Positions 42,038 to 53,229 of a DNA stretch of 64,000 nucleotides are shown piece by piece (within the stretch, counting starts at the first letter, position 1; every line of letters starts with the position of its first letter). The stretch is from Candidatus Poribacteria bacterium. Its GTDB lineage: Bacteria > Poribacteria > WGA-4E > PCPOR2b. A model generated the notes under the pieces. The model saw nothing but the letters and a program-made list of their open reading frames with translations. It was not told the origin of the DNA and did no database searches. The position numbers and the translations under genes were made by a program. The DNA is taken from assembly GCA_965218095.1 (NCBI GenBank), contig OZ244587.1, forward strand, positions 5,952,001-6,016,000, written 5' to 3'.

Positions 42038-42339
42038 GGCACCTTCTGATGAGATTTTTTGAGGTGAAAGTACGGACATCGATTCGCCGGTCTGCCCTTT
42101 CGATAAGAGACGAGGCCACACCTTTCCTGTCAGCGCACGAACCAGCGGACAGGGTAGTGTCCCGCGATATCCTCGAACGCCAACGTGTAAGGGTCACAAC
42201 GCCGGCACACAACCCATCCGTCCGTCCGCACTATCAGCCAGCCAAAGTCCCAGCCCCGGCTTGTGTACACCAAAGGCACAGCAGGTCTGACGCGAATCAC
42301 TGGGTACGTCCCAGCGATAAAGAGTTCCTGCTGGATCTA

Positions 42340-43077
42340 TTAGGGTTTCATAACGGCTTTCCTGGCCGTCGCGTCGCTCGTATGGTAATTCCAGCCGCGC
42401 AACACCAAATTCTCACTGAACTGATAGATGTCCTCCTTTCTATCCCTGCCGGAAAACATCCGCGCAATCACCACCTTTCTTGGCTTCTCAGAGCGGTTGG
42501 ACATCGAACCGTGTACGATAAAATAATCGAAGAAGGTGACGTCACCGGGCTCGGCTTCAATCACCGTGGCGCCTTCAAATGGAAACTGTTTGTGAAATGC
42601 AGCATCAACCGCCTTTGAGCTCTCCATCCGCCCGCGCTTGTGTGAGCTAGGATAGACTCTGAGACAACCTGTTTCTTCCGTCGCTTCGCTGACGTGAATC
42701 ATTCCCGCGATCATGGTGTTCCTTTGGGTTGGCAGGTAACTCCAGTCCTGGTGCATCTTGAAGGGTGTTTCTGCAGTTGTTATGCGCTTCTCAAAGAGCG
42801 TCGAATGGTTGAGGACGATGTTGGGGCCGATGAGCTGTTCAACAATGTCGAGGAACCCCTTGTGAAGCAGGGTTGCCAGCCACAGACCTGAATACTGCTG
42901 CACATTACGCGTTGAGATAACGCCGTTATGGTTCGAGCCGTCGCTGTCATTGGGTTGGTTGAACTGTCGCACAATTCGATTAAACTCGTTTTCAAGTGAG
43001 CTCATCTCATCTGCTGAGAAAACGCCCTTTGCCAGGTAATAGCCCTTCTCATCGAAAAATATTCGGATTTTGCTCAT
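42340..43077 (-). CDS. PhyH-family dioxygenase
   Basis: FDEKGYYLAKGVF, MHQD, GCLRVYPSSH, PGDVTFFDYFIVHGS..N.S..PR. Confidence 0.9.
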   Translation of the reverse strand: MSKIRIFFDEKGYYLAKGVFSADEMSSLENEFNRIVRQFNQPNDSDGSNHNGVISTRNVQQYSGLWLATLLHKGFLDIVEQLIGPNIVLNHSTLFEKRITTAETPFKMHQDWSYLPTQRNTMIAGMIHVSEATEETGCLRVYPSSHKRGRMESSKAVDAAFHKQFPFEGATVIEAEPGDVTFFDYFIVHGSMSNRSEKPRKVVIARMFSGRDRKEDIYQFSENLVLRGWNYHTSDATARKAVMKP

Positions 43078-43335
43078 GGTTAAAATCTCCTTGTGGACGA
43101 AATCTAAGCACCTAAATTTTCCCCAAATTAACAGACCTTGCGCCCACCCTAGAATAATGGTAACATATTTGAGATTTTTCTTTCAAGTGTGCTATCGCTA
43201 AACCTCAAAGGCTCTGCATCGGAACTGGAAATTAAACCCGCAACAGTTCATGGGTTCATTGAACTTTTGAACCCTTGAACTCAAATCCCGTGTCGTGTTC
43301 TCAATACACCAACCGGAACAGATCTTCTCACGGGC

Positions 43336-44445
43336 TCATGAGGAAGACGTCAGTCCAATGAGGCGTGCGACCGTGCCACCGGAGATAAGGTCAAGGTCGT
43401 TGGGAGCCAGGAAATCACAGTAAAGGCGGATGAAGTCTATGTTTTGTTGGTACGTCCAGAACCTTGTGACTATAGGCATGTCAGTTCCCCACATGAGGCG
43501 GTCAGCGCCGATGCGCCTCACACACTCATCAATAGTCGACCGCACCTGGGGCATTGGATAGTCCCAGACATTCCCCAGCGTTATCGGAAAAAGGAGCTGC
43601 AAGTGCAGGTTGGGATTCTCGAACGGCACCCACACCGGCTCAGGCAACTGAAGTGTGTCGCCATCAATGAACAGCCGCCAGGGGAAGCCGTGCGTGTGGA
43701 CGACGTTCACCTCTGGATAGCGGTCCATCCAGCGCATCAAAGTCTCAAGCTCCGTCAGATAGCTGTCCAGACGAGGTTCCTGGCGTTCCCTCAGCGAAAG
43801 GAACACGGGAATCTTCATTTCTGCCACGCGATCCCAGAAAGGGCAAAGGCCGGGGCCATCCCAGGGCCCCGTCTGGCCGTAGAGGTCAAGCTGTGGCGGC
43901 AGGAAGTGGAGGCCCGACAATCCCATCTCCTCAACAGCGACCCGTGTCTGCTCGGCGGCGGCGTCTGGGTCGCCTACGATGAGCCATTCCTGCACATGAG
44001 CCAGGCCGAACAAGCGGTCTGGGAAACGCCGTACGCAGTCGGCGATGAAGTCGTTTCCAACGCCGAGGTACGGCGTTCGATGCAACAGGGCCTTATCCAC
44101 ACCCGCGTAGTCCATCTCCGCCACGAGTCTGTCAGCAGGGTAGGCCATGTCGGTAACCGACGGTGGGAAGTATTGTTTGACACAGGTCTCTCCGACTGCC
44201 GTCCACTCGAACCGGCCATGTGATGCAGCTCTGAAATCGGAGTCCTTGAGGGCGTCCAAGGTGGGCCACCGGCGCTGGTCGATCAGAGCGCTAGCGTCGC
44301 CCAGCGTCCTGTCCCGTGCGCGCCACACCGGTTGGTGGTGGGTAGCCATTCCGTGCTGGAGGTGGCGACGGAGGGTCTGCGGATTATCGAAGCCGGCGTT
44401 GTCTCTCAGGGACGGAAAACAGTAGGCATGTCCGTCGAAAATCAT
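43336..44445 (-). CDS. Amidohydrolase_2 family protein
   Basis: MIFDGHAY, EMDYAGVDKALL, IGADRLMWGTDMP. Confidence 0.85.
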   Translation of the reverse strand: MIFDGHAYCFPSLRDNAGFDNPQTLRRHLQHGMATHHQPVWRARDRTLGDASALIDQRRWPTLDALKDSDFRAASHGRFEWTAVGETCVKQYFPPSVTDMAYPADRLVAEMDYAGVDKALLHRTPYLGVGNDFIADCVRRFPDRLFGLAHVQEWLIVGDPDAAAEQTRVAVEEMGLSGLHFLPPQLDLYGQTGPWDGPGLCPFWDRVAEMKIPVFLSLRERQEPRLDSYLTELETLMRWMDRYPEVNVVHTHGFPWRLFIDGDTLQLPEPVWVPFENPNLHLQLLFPITLGNVWDYPMPQVRSTIDECVRRIGADRLMWGTDMPIVTRFWTYQQNIDFIRLYCDFLAPNDLDLISGGTVARLIGLTSSS

Positions 44446-44766
44446 ATCGTTACCTCTAGATGTATAAGGCATGCCCTTTCACTCGGGCAAAATTCCAGGG
44501 TGGGTGGGATCAACCACCCTTCCGTTACTTTTTTAAGCATTTTGTATTGGATGCCGTTTGTTCAAAGGATCTTTCTTTGAATCCGAGAGAGGAAATTGCC
44601 ATTTTTAGCGGGAAGGAATAAAAGGATGTCTTCCTTGGGCACCCTATTGTATCATCCCATTGACTTTGGACGCCAGTATTAGATGCAATTTTTCGACAGA
44701 AATTTCAAACTCAGAAAGGGCAAAAATGACAGCAGAAAGGCGGCTCAAATGCCTGTCTTCATTGGT

Positions 44767-45027
44767 CTAAACCAAAGTCCGAAATATCGCACGTTTCTTT
44801 CTTTGTAGTCTCATAATTGGAGTGGCGTTTGTCGTTAGTGTCTCTCGTAAGATATCCAATCGTTGATCGATAATCGATTCGGCTTCAGAAAGGTGGTCGC
44901 TTACCAGCGGAGCAATGAGTAATGCAGAAAGGATTTTCGGTTCGATACCGAGCGTTTCAGCTTCATCAAACAGGTCGGAAAATTCTTGATTGATTGTTGG
45001 AGGTAGGTTATCATAGACACAATTCAT
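44767..45027 (-). CDS. Small hypothetical protein
   Basis: ATG-started 86-aa ORF with helical composition; no family recognised. Confidence 0.35.
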   Translation of the reverse strand: MNCVYDNLPPTINQEFSDLFDEAETLGIEPKILSALLIAPLVSDHLSEAESIIDQRLDILRETLTTNATPIMRLQRKKRAIFRTLV

Positions 45028-45394
45028 TGGTATTCTTCTTTGGAGATTGCATTTATGCTCCCTTTCGTAATCGTCTACTTTGGGGTTGAATACGAATCAA
45101 TATGGTGAAGTCGTCAAACGTCTTTATCCATGCGGGTTTGCGGCGATTCGTCACTGTCGTTAACTCGGCGCTGGAGCACCACCTCGAACAATTATTTTGA
45201 GGTATTGCCGATGAAACATCAATCCCTGATGCCGGCACTGGATTTGGGTATTGACAGGGGATAGGAATTGGTTTAACATAAAATGGATTGAGACGTTTGA
45301 AGCAAGTCAATTGTTCGTGGCAAAAGTGTGAACAACTCACTGCATAATTCGGCTTTCGTAATATGTCCGTGTCATCAGAGGGGGGCGGGATCAC

Positions 45395-45763
45395 ATGAAA
45401 CGACGTACATACATCTACTTCGACCCCTTTACCGTTAAACCACAAGACAAGTGGCTGACCACACTCGGTGAAATCAAGTGGATAGTGCTCTTGCAGAACT
45501 ACCCTAACCCGTTCAACCCGGAGACGTGGATGCCTTTCGTCTTGGCAGGGAAGGCGGCGGTGACGATTCGGATATACCGTCTCCGTGGGGAGTTGGTGTA
45601 GACGTTGGACGTGGGAATGCAGTCGGCGGGTATCTACACCCGTCGGGAGCGAGCGGTCTATTGGGATGGGACGGACAACATAGGTGAGCCTATCGCCAGT
45701 GGCGTCTATTCCTACCAGCTTACCGCGGAGGAGTCCAGTCGGACGCGGTGGATACCGTGGTGA
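45395..45763 (+). pseudogene. Remnant of an exported protein: Poribacteria-type tail motif + FlgD-Ig / T9SS-like C-terminal domain
   Basis: VKPQDKWLTTLGEIK, LLQNYPNPFNPETWMPF, GELV*TLDVG, YWDGTDNIGEPIASGVYSYQL; TAG 45599. Confidence 0.75.
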
Positions 45764-45814
45764 AATGACGGCCAGGCACCTTGGGAAACTTTTCCAATCC
45801 AGAGGAGAAACACC

Positions 45815-46720
45815 ATGCAATTTACCGATGCGGAACTAAGACAATACGAGAAGGAGGGGGCAGTCATTATCGACAGTCCTTTCACCACTGAAGAGTTGGA
45901 CCGGGCCGAAGCGGCGTGGGACCGGTTAAAGGAGAGTGGCCGCGCAGAAGGATGGTCTAGCAATCCTCCATACGAAGACCCGGACTACGTCGACGTCGTC
46001 CAGCATCCCTACTTCGAGGAGGTAGCCAAAAAGCTGCTACGTGCTGATGCGGTGCACCTGTGGTGGGGGCTGGCGCCCCACGAGCGCGCACCAGCCAAAG
46101 CTCCTTTCGCGAGCCATCGTGACCAATGGACCAGCGGATGCCACATAGACATCCAAGCAACATGGGAGGATTTCCAAGCGACGCCCCGCCGGATGCGCGC
46201 TGAGTTGTGGTTCTGGGTCAATGACGTGCCTGAGCATCGGGGGGCCATGCGCATCCTGTCGGGCAGCCATCGCCCGATCATGAAACACTTTAGCCGGGTT
46301 CTGACGCCGGAGCACAAAGCGATGCTGCCCCGCGTCCACGGGTTGCGCCCGCATCCGGCGGACACTGCGCCGGCCTATCCCGAGCACGTGCCGGAGCTGG
46401 GAGAGGCACCCTGGATCGAGCAGGAGCCGGTTGCCGCTGTCGCACGCCGGGGGCAGATCCTGGTCCTGTGTAGCGCGGGACTACACTCTGCCTGGCAGAA
46501 TGAAGACACTGTGCCCCGCAAGGCAATAGGGACGTCATGGGTCGCCGCCGGTGTGTCCTGCGGGTTGCCGAAGAACCAGCGCGATGCGATGATGGCGTTC
46601 TTCCCCCGGCTGCGCCAGAAACTGCGTCCCGAGCGGGCTCACATCGTGCCCCAAGACTTCGACTGGCTCTTCGAGAGCAACTACGAGCCGAAATGGCCTG
46701 AGACCTTCATGGAGAAATAG
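45815..46720 (+). CDS. PhyH-family dioxygenase
   Basis: YEKEGAVII, CHID, GAMRILSGSH, GQILVLCSAGLHSAWQN..TVPR; RBS GAGGAG. Confidence 0.85.
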   Translation: MQFTDAELRQYEKEGAVIIDSPFTTEELDRAEAAWDRLKESGRAEGWSSNPPYEDPDYVDVVQHPYFEEVAKKLLRADAVHLWWGLAPHERAPAKAPFASHRDQWTSGCHIDIQATWEDFQATPRRMRAELWFWVNDVPEHRGAMRILSGSHRPIMKHFSRVLTPEHKAMLPRVHGLRPHPADTAPAYPEHVPELGEAPWIEQEPVAAVARRGQILVLCSAGLHSAWQNEDTVPRKAIGTSWVAAGVSCGLPKNQRDAMMAFFPRLRQKLRPERAHIVPQDFDWLFESNYEPKWPETFMEK

Positions 46721-47149
46721 CCCGTGCCCGCATCAGGGGCGTAGGATTGCGTGTTCAAAGTATGTGCCGATCCACAAGGAAGTATGTCCGACATCATACC
46801 ATGAAACGCCACCACGACGCAATATGCAAAAACTCTAGTGGCTTAAACACTGGAGTTTTAAGGTTAAGAAATTTGTGATTGACGTAGTTTTATACAGAAG
46901 GCGACACTCCCGATGTCTTTGTCTACAACGCAAATGCTTTCGCCATCTCGTAGGATACCCTAAAGTAAAGAACGTACAAAATCAAACTTTGCCTTTAAGC
47001 CAATGTTGACGGGGAGTTGAAGCCCCCAAAGCACCTAAAAATTGTCCGACTACGGATTGAACTCTGCCTCAAAAAGTTGCATTTAATACTTGCGACCAAT
47101 TTTGATTATATGTCATTTTTTGTCCAAAAACAGGGATTTTATGTATTGG

Positions 47150-47490
47150 TCAACGAGTGGTCGGAAGTCGAGTTCGATCCGGGACAACCCGAGCCGGAGT
47201 GCCAGGGGAGCCTGGTGCGCTTCACAAGCGAGGACAAACAAGACAGGAATCGAATCCTGCTGGCACACCTGTCCGACAGAGAAAAGTGCTGTCGGCTGAC
47301 GGTACGCATGAGCTACGACGAATGTCGAAGCTGGCCTGTAGCCAAAGTAGTCACCGAAGGCCGCGCGGGGTACTCCGACCTGGCTGTGACAGCGGATGAT
47401 ACCATCCTCTGCCTGTACGAAACCAGGGCGGGAGTCGTCCTGGCCCGTTTCGATGTTAGCTGGTTGACCAACGGCGCCGACGGCCTGTAA
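47150..47490 (+). pseudogene. Sialidase (GH33) C-terminal fragment
   Basis: PECQGSL, LTVRMSYDECRSWP, GYSDL, CLYE. Confidence 0.72.
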
Positions 47491-47746
47491 TTCGTGCGAT
47501 CGACAGGAAGTGACCTTGATGAAATACCGATCCGCCGAAATGATTTGGTACAAGATCAAGGAGACCGCCACGAGCGCGTCGCCGTGCTTCCCGCGACCAC
47601 ATACGAATTGTACCAGCATATCGACATCTATGGTTTTTCTATCACTATAGCCAATGGTTGATTGCCAATTGGGAAGCTGTTACACCCGGTTATGGGCGCC
47701 AAGAAACCGGGCAGCCAGCGTCTAAACCGTATCAGGAGGGTTTTGG

Positions 47747-48736
47747 ATGAAAGCAGCCGTTTATCACGGACTACGCGACATCCGCGTGGCAGATGTGAGC
47801 AATCCGAAGATCGCTGAGGATGAAATGTTGGTGCGGGTGCAGGCCTGCGGTATTTGCGGGTCGGATCTGCATCTGTACCGCCTGGGGATGTTCGAAGTGT
47901 TAGGGCGGCCGATCGACAACGGCCGCATCATGGGGCACGAGTTGAGCGGTGAGATTGTGGAAGTTGGCCTGAAGGTCAAGGGATTCCGCGTTGGAGACCG
48001 CATTACGGGTGTGGCCACAGGCGGGTTTGCCGAATATGTGCCCGTGCAAATCAGTGAACGTAGTCCCCATCCACTGCCCGACAATATCAGTTTTGAAGAG
48101 GGAGCGACGCTAGAGCCGCTTGCGACCTCGCTGCATGCCGCCGGATTGGCGCAACCGGCTCGGGAGGAAACGATCGTCATCCTGGGAGTTGGCATCATCG
48201 GGTTGGGCTGTGTGCAAGCGATTCGGGCGACCGTCGATTGCCGCATCATTGTGGTTGATGCCTCTCAAAAACGCCTTCAGATGGCGCAGCAGTTGGGGGC
48301 CAATGCGACGGTGAATCTGACCGAGGCCAATCCTGTCGAGGCAGTGATCCAGCTCACGGGGGGTGCGCAGCCGGTTGAGCGTTTTGGGGTTCGAGGTGGA
48401 AACGCCGATGTTGTCATCGATTGTGCAGGCGCCAAGGCGTCGCCGAATCAAGGCCTCACCATGCTGAAGCAGCTCTATGGCCGCTTGGTGTTTGTTGCGC
48501 TGTTCGAGCAGCAGCCGGAGCTGGATTTCAACCAGGTGGTGCGTAAGCACGTGACCATCCAGGGCTCGTGGACGTGGACCGGTGATGACTATCGTCAGGC
48601 AATCGCCCTGGTACAGAGCGGCCGTGTTGATCGCAAACCGCTCATTTCTCATGTCTTACCCCTAGCGGAGGCGCCAAAGGCGTTTGCCATTCAAGACCGG
48701 CCCGATGCGGCCATCAAAGTATTACTCAAACCCTGA
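47747..48736 (+). CDS. Zn-dependent medium-chain dehydrogenase (sorbitol/threonine DH-like)
   Basis: CGICGSDLH, GHELSG, EPLA, GVGIIG. Confidence 0.9.
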   Translation: MKAAVYHGLRDIRVADVSNPKIAEDEMLVRVQACGICGSDLHLYRLGMFEVLGRPIDNGRIMGHELSGEIVEVGLKVKGFRVGDRITGVATGGFAEYVPVQISERSPHPLPDNISFEEGATLEPLATSLHAAGLAQPAREETIVILGVGIIGLGCVQAIRATVDCRIIVVDASQKRLQMAQQLGANATVNLTEANPVEAVIQLTGGAQPVERFGVRGGNADVVIDCAGAKASPNQGLTMLKQLYGRLVFVALFEQQPELDFNQVVRKHVTIQGSWTWTGDDYRQAIALVQSGRVDRKPLISHVLPLAEAPKAFAIQDRPDAAIKVLLKP

Positions 48737-49176
48737 GGAGGGTGTGTTCATCGTCTATGTTGTGTGCGTTATGTCGGGGTAATTCATTTGAAGCGGCATC
48801 GTATGGCCTGGCTCAGCGCCTCTATTGGAGTGCATTGGTGGCGTACAGTCGCCACCCCATGCGAACTCTTTTCTCAGACTCCATCTTTGTCCAGTTGTGT
48901 TTACCGGCGAGAAACTCGGTCATCAGTTGTTGCTTGAGTTGGAGGGATTTCCCGTTCCGAGCCAATGGCGCCAGATAATAATCGCCGTCACGGTCAATGG
49001 TCGGGTGATGGCGTTGACTGCTGAATTCCCTCTGTCAATTCGCACCTATTCTTTTGTCGTAGTCGCTTGCATGGTTGACGGCTCAATCCGAAAGAGCGGT
49101 ACACCTCACTGCTGTTTTTTTGTTGCCTGCAATCGAAATTCCAGAGTTTAAATTAAACCCAAAATGAAACCTATTA

Positions 49177-49996
49177 GGTTCTGTTGACATTTGAGTATAA
49201 GGTTGTGGCATAATAGAAGAATGATGCCAATAACCTTACCCGATGACCAATGGAAAAAGATATACTCGTTTCTTCTAACTTGTCCCAACATCTATGTTGG
49301 CAACGAAGCGACAACACGCCGCTTTATCGAAACTGTTCTCTGGGCGACCCGTAGCGGTGCTCAATGGAGACTTCTGCCAGACACCTATGGTAAATCGAAC
49401 ACCCTCTATAAGCGGTTTGCTCGGTGGTGCGACAAAGGGGTCTTCACACAGATCCACCCCCACTTCGCCGCCGACCCCGATATCGAGTCGCTTATTGTGG
49501 ACAGTACAATCATTCGAGCGCACCCGTGTGCGGCGGGTGCCGAAAAAAAAAGGGTGGCACTGAAAATCAAGCGTTAGGCTGCTCTCGCGGGGGATTCAGT
49601 ACAAAAATTCACATCACAGTTGACGGCCTGGGTAATCCCCTAAGAATACATCTGACGCCCGGTCAAAGAAACGACATAGCGGAAGCAGAAGGGTTGATAC
49701 TTGGATATAAAAGCGAGTATGTGATTGGAGACAAGGGATATGACTCCGACAATTTTATCGCGGTTATTGAGGCGAATGGAGCGATTGCGGTGATACCGCC
49801 CAAAAGTCATCGTGTGGATCAAAGAGATTACGACAAACATCTGTACAAAGAGAGACATCGGGTTGAATGTTTCATTAACAAGATAAAATGGTATCGCCGC
49901 ATCTTCTCTCGGTTCGAGAAGTTAGCTATCCGTTATTTTGGATTTCTCAGCTTTGTCGCCACTCTTATATGGCTCCCTTGAAATGTCAACAGAACC
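49177..49996 (+). mobile_element. IS5-family element copy 2 with a -1 slippery A-run
   Basis: Same 16-bp IR as 18177-18995, TA duplication; orfA/orfB overlap at GAAAAAAAAAGGG (~49542-49554). Confidence 0.93.
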
Positions 49997-50010
49997 TAGG
50001 AGGGAACAAC

Positions 50011-50451
50011 GTGGCAAAGATAAAGCACATCGCAATTGCAACGCAGGATGCAGACGAGACGGCCAGATTCTATATTGATGTGTTTGGCTTAAGGGAAATT
50101 GACAAGCTCGATGGCCCTAATGCGTCTGGGTATTATCTCAGTGACGGCAACATAAACCTGGCTATTCTGAATTTCAAGAATGACCAGGTAACGGGTAAAG
50201 AATACGGCAAGGATTACAGTGGACTCCACCATATTGGATTCCAGGTAGAGAGTCTAGATGAAATAGTCACGAAGCTAGTGACTGCTGACTCTGCGCCCAG
50301 GGAAGAAATTAATCAAGCCCTTGGTATTGGGATGGGAGACCAGCGTCACGCGAATGTAGAGGTTAAGTATGGCGGGCCGGATGGCGTGATTATCGATGTT
50401 TCAGAGACGGGTTGGGTAGGCACCTCAGGACTTGACAAAGAAAAGGCTTAA
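50011..50451 (+). CDS. VOC/glyoxalase family protein
   Basis: IKHIAIATQD, ARFYIDVFGL, GLHHIGFQV, GPDGVIIDVSE; GTG start after AGGAGG. Confidence 0.88.
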   Translation: MAKIKHIAIATQDADETARFYIDVFGLREIDKLDGPNASGYYLSDGNINLAILNFKNDQVTGKEYGKDYSGLHHIGFQVESLDEIVTKLVTADSAPREEINQALGIGMGDQRHANVEVKYGGPDGVIIDVSETGWVGTSGLDKEKA

Positions 50452-50727
50452 CTGAGGCCGATCTGAATACGAATCCGAACAAAGAACCGGTTTCAGGAAA
50501 AAACGTGGCTGCAGAAGAAAAGGTCGAAATGCTGTAGATATTTTCTACATTATGCGTAGAAATAGCTCGGCTCTTTTCGTCCACAACAATCGTGGAAAAA
50601 ACGTTCATTTTTGTCGTACACATACCTCGGCAAATCATTAATAAATCTCATCAACTTAGCCTTCCTGGTTTATTCTGAAAGATGCTGAGGTCTGCCCCCG
50701 GTCTGGAATTGGTTAAGGAGAATTGAC

Positions 50728-51807
50728 ATGAGAATAACGGATGTGAAAGCCCACATATTCACACCGATGAAGTTGATTTCGCGGAATACGGGGCCGTTTT
50801 CGCTGATAGATTGGTCCAGGTTGGCGTGGGGAATGGGAGATTCTGCCCTGGTCAGAATCTTCACAGACGAAGGGGTGGTAGGGCATTCCAAAACAAGCCC
50901 GGATACGGCTGAATACATGGTCATGAATAAATCTGAGTTGGATAACGTCGACCCTTTTGACAGGCTCAAATTGGAGAAGTCGTTTAGATGGACAAATGAT
51001 GTGGTTACCGCCCTGGATATATATCTCTGGGACATAGCCGGACAGGCCCTCGGGCTTCCCATTTACAAGTTCTTAGGAGCATATCGGGAAAAAATCCTCG
51101 CCTACGCCAGTTTTATCCAACTCCCCACAGAAAAGGCCTACCTGCAGATAGCGTTGGAGTGTAAAAGGAATGGCTACAAAGCCATCAAGATCCACCCTTA
51201 CTGGGGCAGCGACTGGAAAAGAGACATCGCCCTGTGCACGGCGATCAGAGAAGCGGTAGGGGACGAGATGATCCTCATGTTGGATCCAGTTCAGGCATAT
51301 GATCGTTGGAGCGCCATGAAGGTAGGTAGAGCAATCGACAAACTGAATTTCTACTGGTACGAAGACCCGATATCCAAAACAGACCTGACGGCTTACGCAA
51401 ATCTGTGCAAGTCCCTCGACGTAGCCATAACAGAAGCAGAGGGGATGGGTCTACACACCTTGGCTGAGTATATCCGGAGAGATGCAACCGATATCCTCAG
51501 GTGCAGCCTGGAAGGAGGGATAACCGGCGTCATGAAGGCCGGGCACTTGGCTGAGGCTTTCAACATGAAGTGCGAGCCTCATAGCTGGGGGTGCACTCTG
51601 GATCAAGTCGCAGTTCTCCATGCTATGCTCGCCATGGAGAACTGCGACTTCTTCGAACTGCCAGTCCCAGAGGGCATAATGGATCAAGTCTCCAAGGACG
51701 TAATAAGGATCGACGAGAAGGAGTACGTGCATGCACCAAAGGCACCCGGGCTCGGCCTGGAAGTCGACTTCGATGCGATCGATAGGTCCATGGTCAAGGT
51801 ACTCTGA
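50728..51807 (+). CDS. Mandelate racemase / MLE family protein
   Basis: LDIYLWDIAGQALGLPIYKFLG, KIH, MLD, WYEDP, CEPH, PGLG. Confidence 0.9.
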   Translation: MRITDVKAHIFTPMKLISRNTGPFSLIDWSRLAWGMGDSALVRIFTDEGVVGHSKTSPDTAEYMVMNKSELDNVDPFDRLKLEKSFRWTNDVVTALDIYLWDIAGQALGLPIYKFLGAYREKILAYASFIQLPTEKAYLQIALECKRNGYKAIKIHPYWGSDWKRDIALCTAIREAVGDEMILMLDPVQAYDRWSAMKVGRAIDKLNFYWYEDPISKTDLTAYANLCKSLDVAITEAEGMGLHTLAEYIRRDATDILRCSLEGGITGVMKAGHLAEAFNMKCEPHSWGCTLDQVAVLHAMLAMENCDFFELPVPEGIMDQVSKDVIRIDEKEYVHAPKAPGLGLEVDFDAIDRSMVKVL

Positions 51808-51830
51808 CAAAGTTCAACTCTCATATTTTA

Positions 51831-52749
51831 ACCCAAGTTGCTAGTAATTGAAAATCCATGGGTTTTCCGTTAAAGTAGAGGTAATCCAAACCATAATACC
51901 TCAAAGGAGAAACCCATGGACATCCAAATTGCAACCATTTTCTATCTCTGTGACAAGCTCTTAGAAGCACTCAACTCAAAACCACACCCACAAACGCAGA
52001 TGTCTGATGCCGAAGTCATGACCACCGGCATCGTCGCTGCGTTGTTCTTCGGGGCAAACTTGCAAACCACTTGTGACTTTCTAAAGACTCATGGCTATAT
52101 ACCCAAGATGCTTTCAAAAAGTCGATTAAACCGATGTTCACCACATTGTTCAAAATCTTGGGACGAAGCTATGTGCAACTTAATCAACAGAAAATCTATG
52201 CACTGGATACCATACCAATTGCTGTTTGTTCCGCATTCGTCGGTCAAAAATCTATACCGATAAGGCATATCGAGGCTATCAAGCGTCCAAACGTCGGTAT
52301 TTCTATGGCTTGAAAGTTCATCTGCTAGTGACTGCGAGTCGACACCCTGTTGAATTTTTTGTGACCCCAGCCAGTACAGGGGACGTTGAAGGGTTACAGT
52401 GGTTTGACTTCGACTTGCCACCGGGCTATGGTGACAAAGCATACAATAATTATGAGATAGAAGATATTGTTACATCAGTCGGAGTCGAATTAAAGCCAGT
52501 ACGCAAGAAGAATTCCAAGCGGCTGTATCCACCATGGGAGACCTACTTGGCTAATTACCATCGTAAGTCTGTTGAGACGGCTGGCAGTTTGATTAACAAA
52601 CTGCTTCCACGTTCAATCCATGCAGTAACGCAACACGGATTTGAATTGAAAGTGGTCTTGTTTGTATTGGCTAGCAGTATCAATCAGCTCTGAGTTCACT
52701 CACATATTCAGTTCACTCACATATTCGATGAATAGGTCGCAACTTGGGT
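51831..52749 (+). mobile_element. IS982-family element, transposase frameshifted
   Basis: IR ACCCAAGTTGC / GCAACTTGGGT; 7-bp duplication TATTTTA; motifs MSDAEVMT, YFYGLKVHL, GDKAY, RKSVET. Confidence 0.9.
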
Positions 52750-53160
52750 TATTTTAGGAGGAACAACACATGCCTGTAACCTGTGACGATATAGACCTCG
52801 ATCTCAAGATCGCTGAGTTCAAGATCAAGTGCTTTCACCTCTGTTTCACAGGCGGTAACTTGCTTGTCAAGATCTTCGAGAATCCGCCGCTGTTCTTCGG
52901 GAGAATTGTTGAGTGCAACCACCATTCTCTTGATTTTGCCCTCTCGCCACTTTAAGAGTGCTTCGTGCTCGGCGTGCGCATTGTCCAAGTCGATTTTTTC
53001 TTCCTCGATTTTGGCCTTCAGCTACTCGATTTGTTCGGCAATCGTTTTCCCAGGGATTACGTGGACATCACTGCCGTCGTAACTGTCAAGTTCGAGGAGG
53101 AGTTTTGCTTGAGTTTCGATTTCCAAGATCTTGGGCACCGCTACCCGATCGTAGCCCACG
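52749..53160 (-). pseudogene. Coiled-coil protein remnant with in-frame TAG 53022-53024
   Basis: Heptad-rich IAEQIE*LKAKIEEEKIDLDNAH...LDKQVTACETEVKALDLE. Confidence 0.45.
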
Positions 53161-53229
53161 GTTCAAGGACTATAGCTCAATTCACACAGTTGAATCTCCA
53201 TCACCTCATTCCACAGATTCTTCCTTCCT

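Noticed and set aside
42120-42330. Possible integron attC site or structured RNA
   Set aside because: No convincing paired R''/R' boxes or long imperfect palindrome.
44480-44535. Hairpins with a T-tract upstream of the amidohydrolase
   Set aside because: The T-tract is on the strand with no upstream gene and is separated from the stem; cannot be assigned as a terminator or riboswitch.
45053-45820. 255-aa minus-strand ORF
   Set aside because: It is antisense to the recognisable FlgD/T9SS-like remnant; no motif support.
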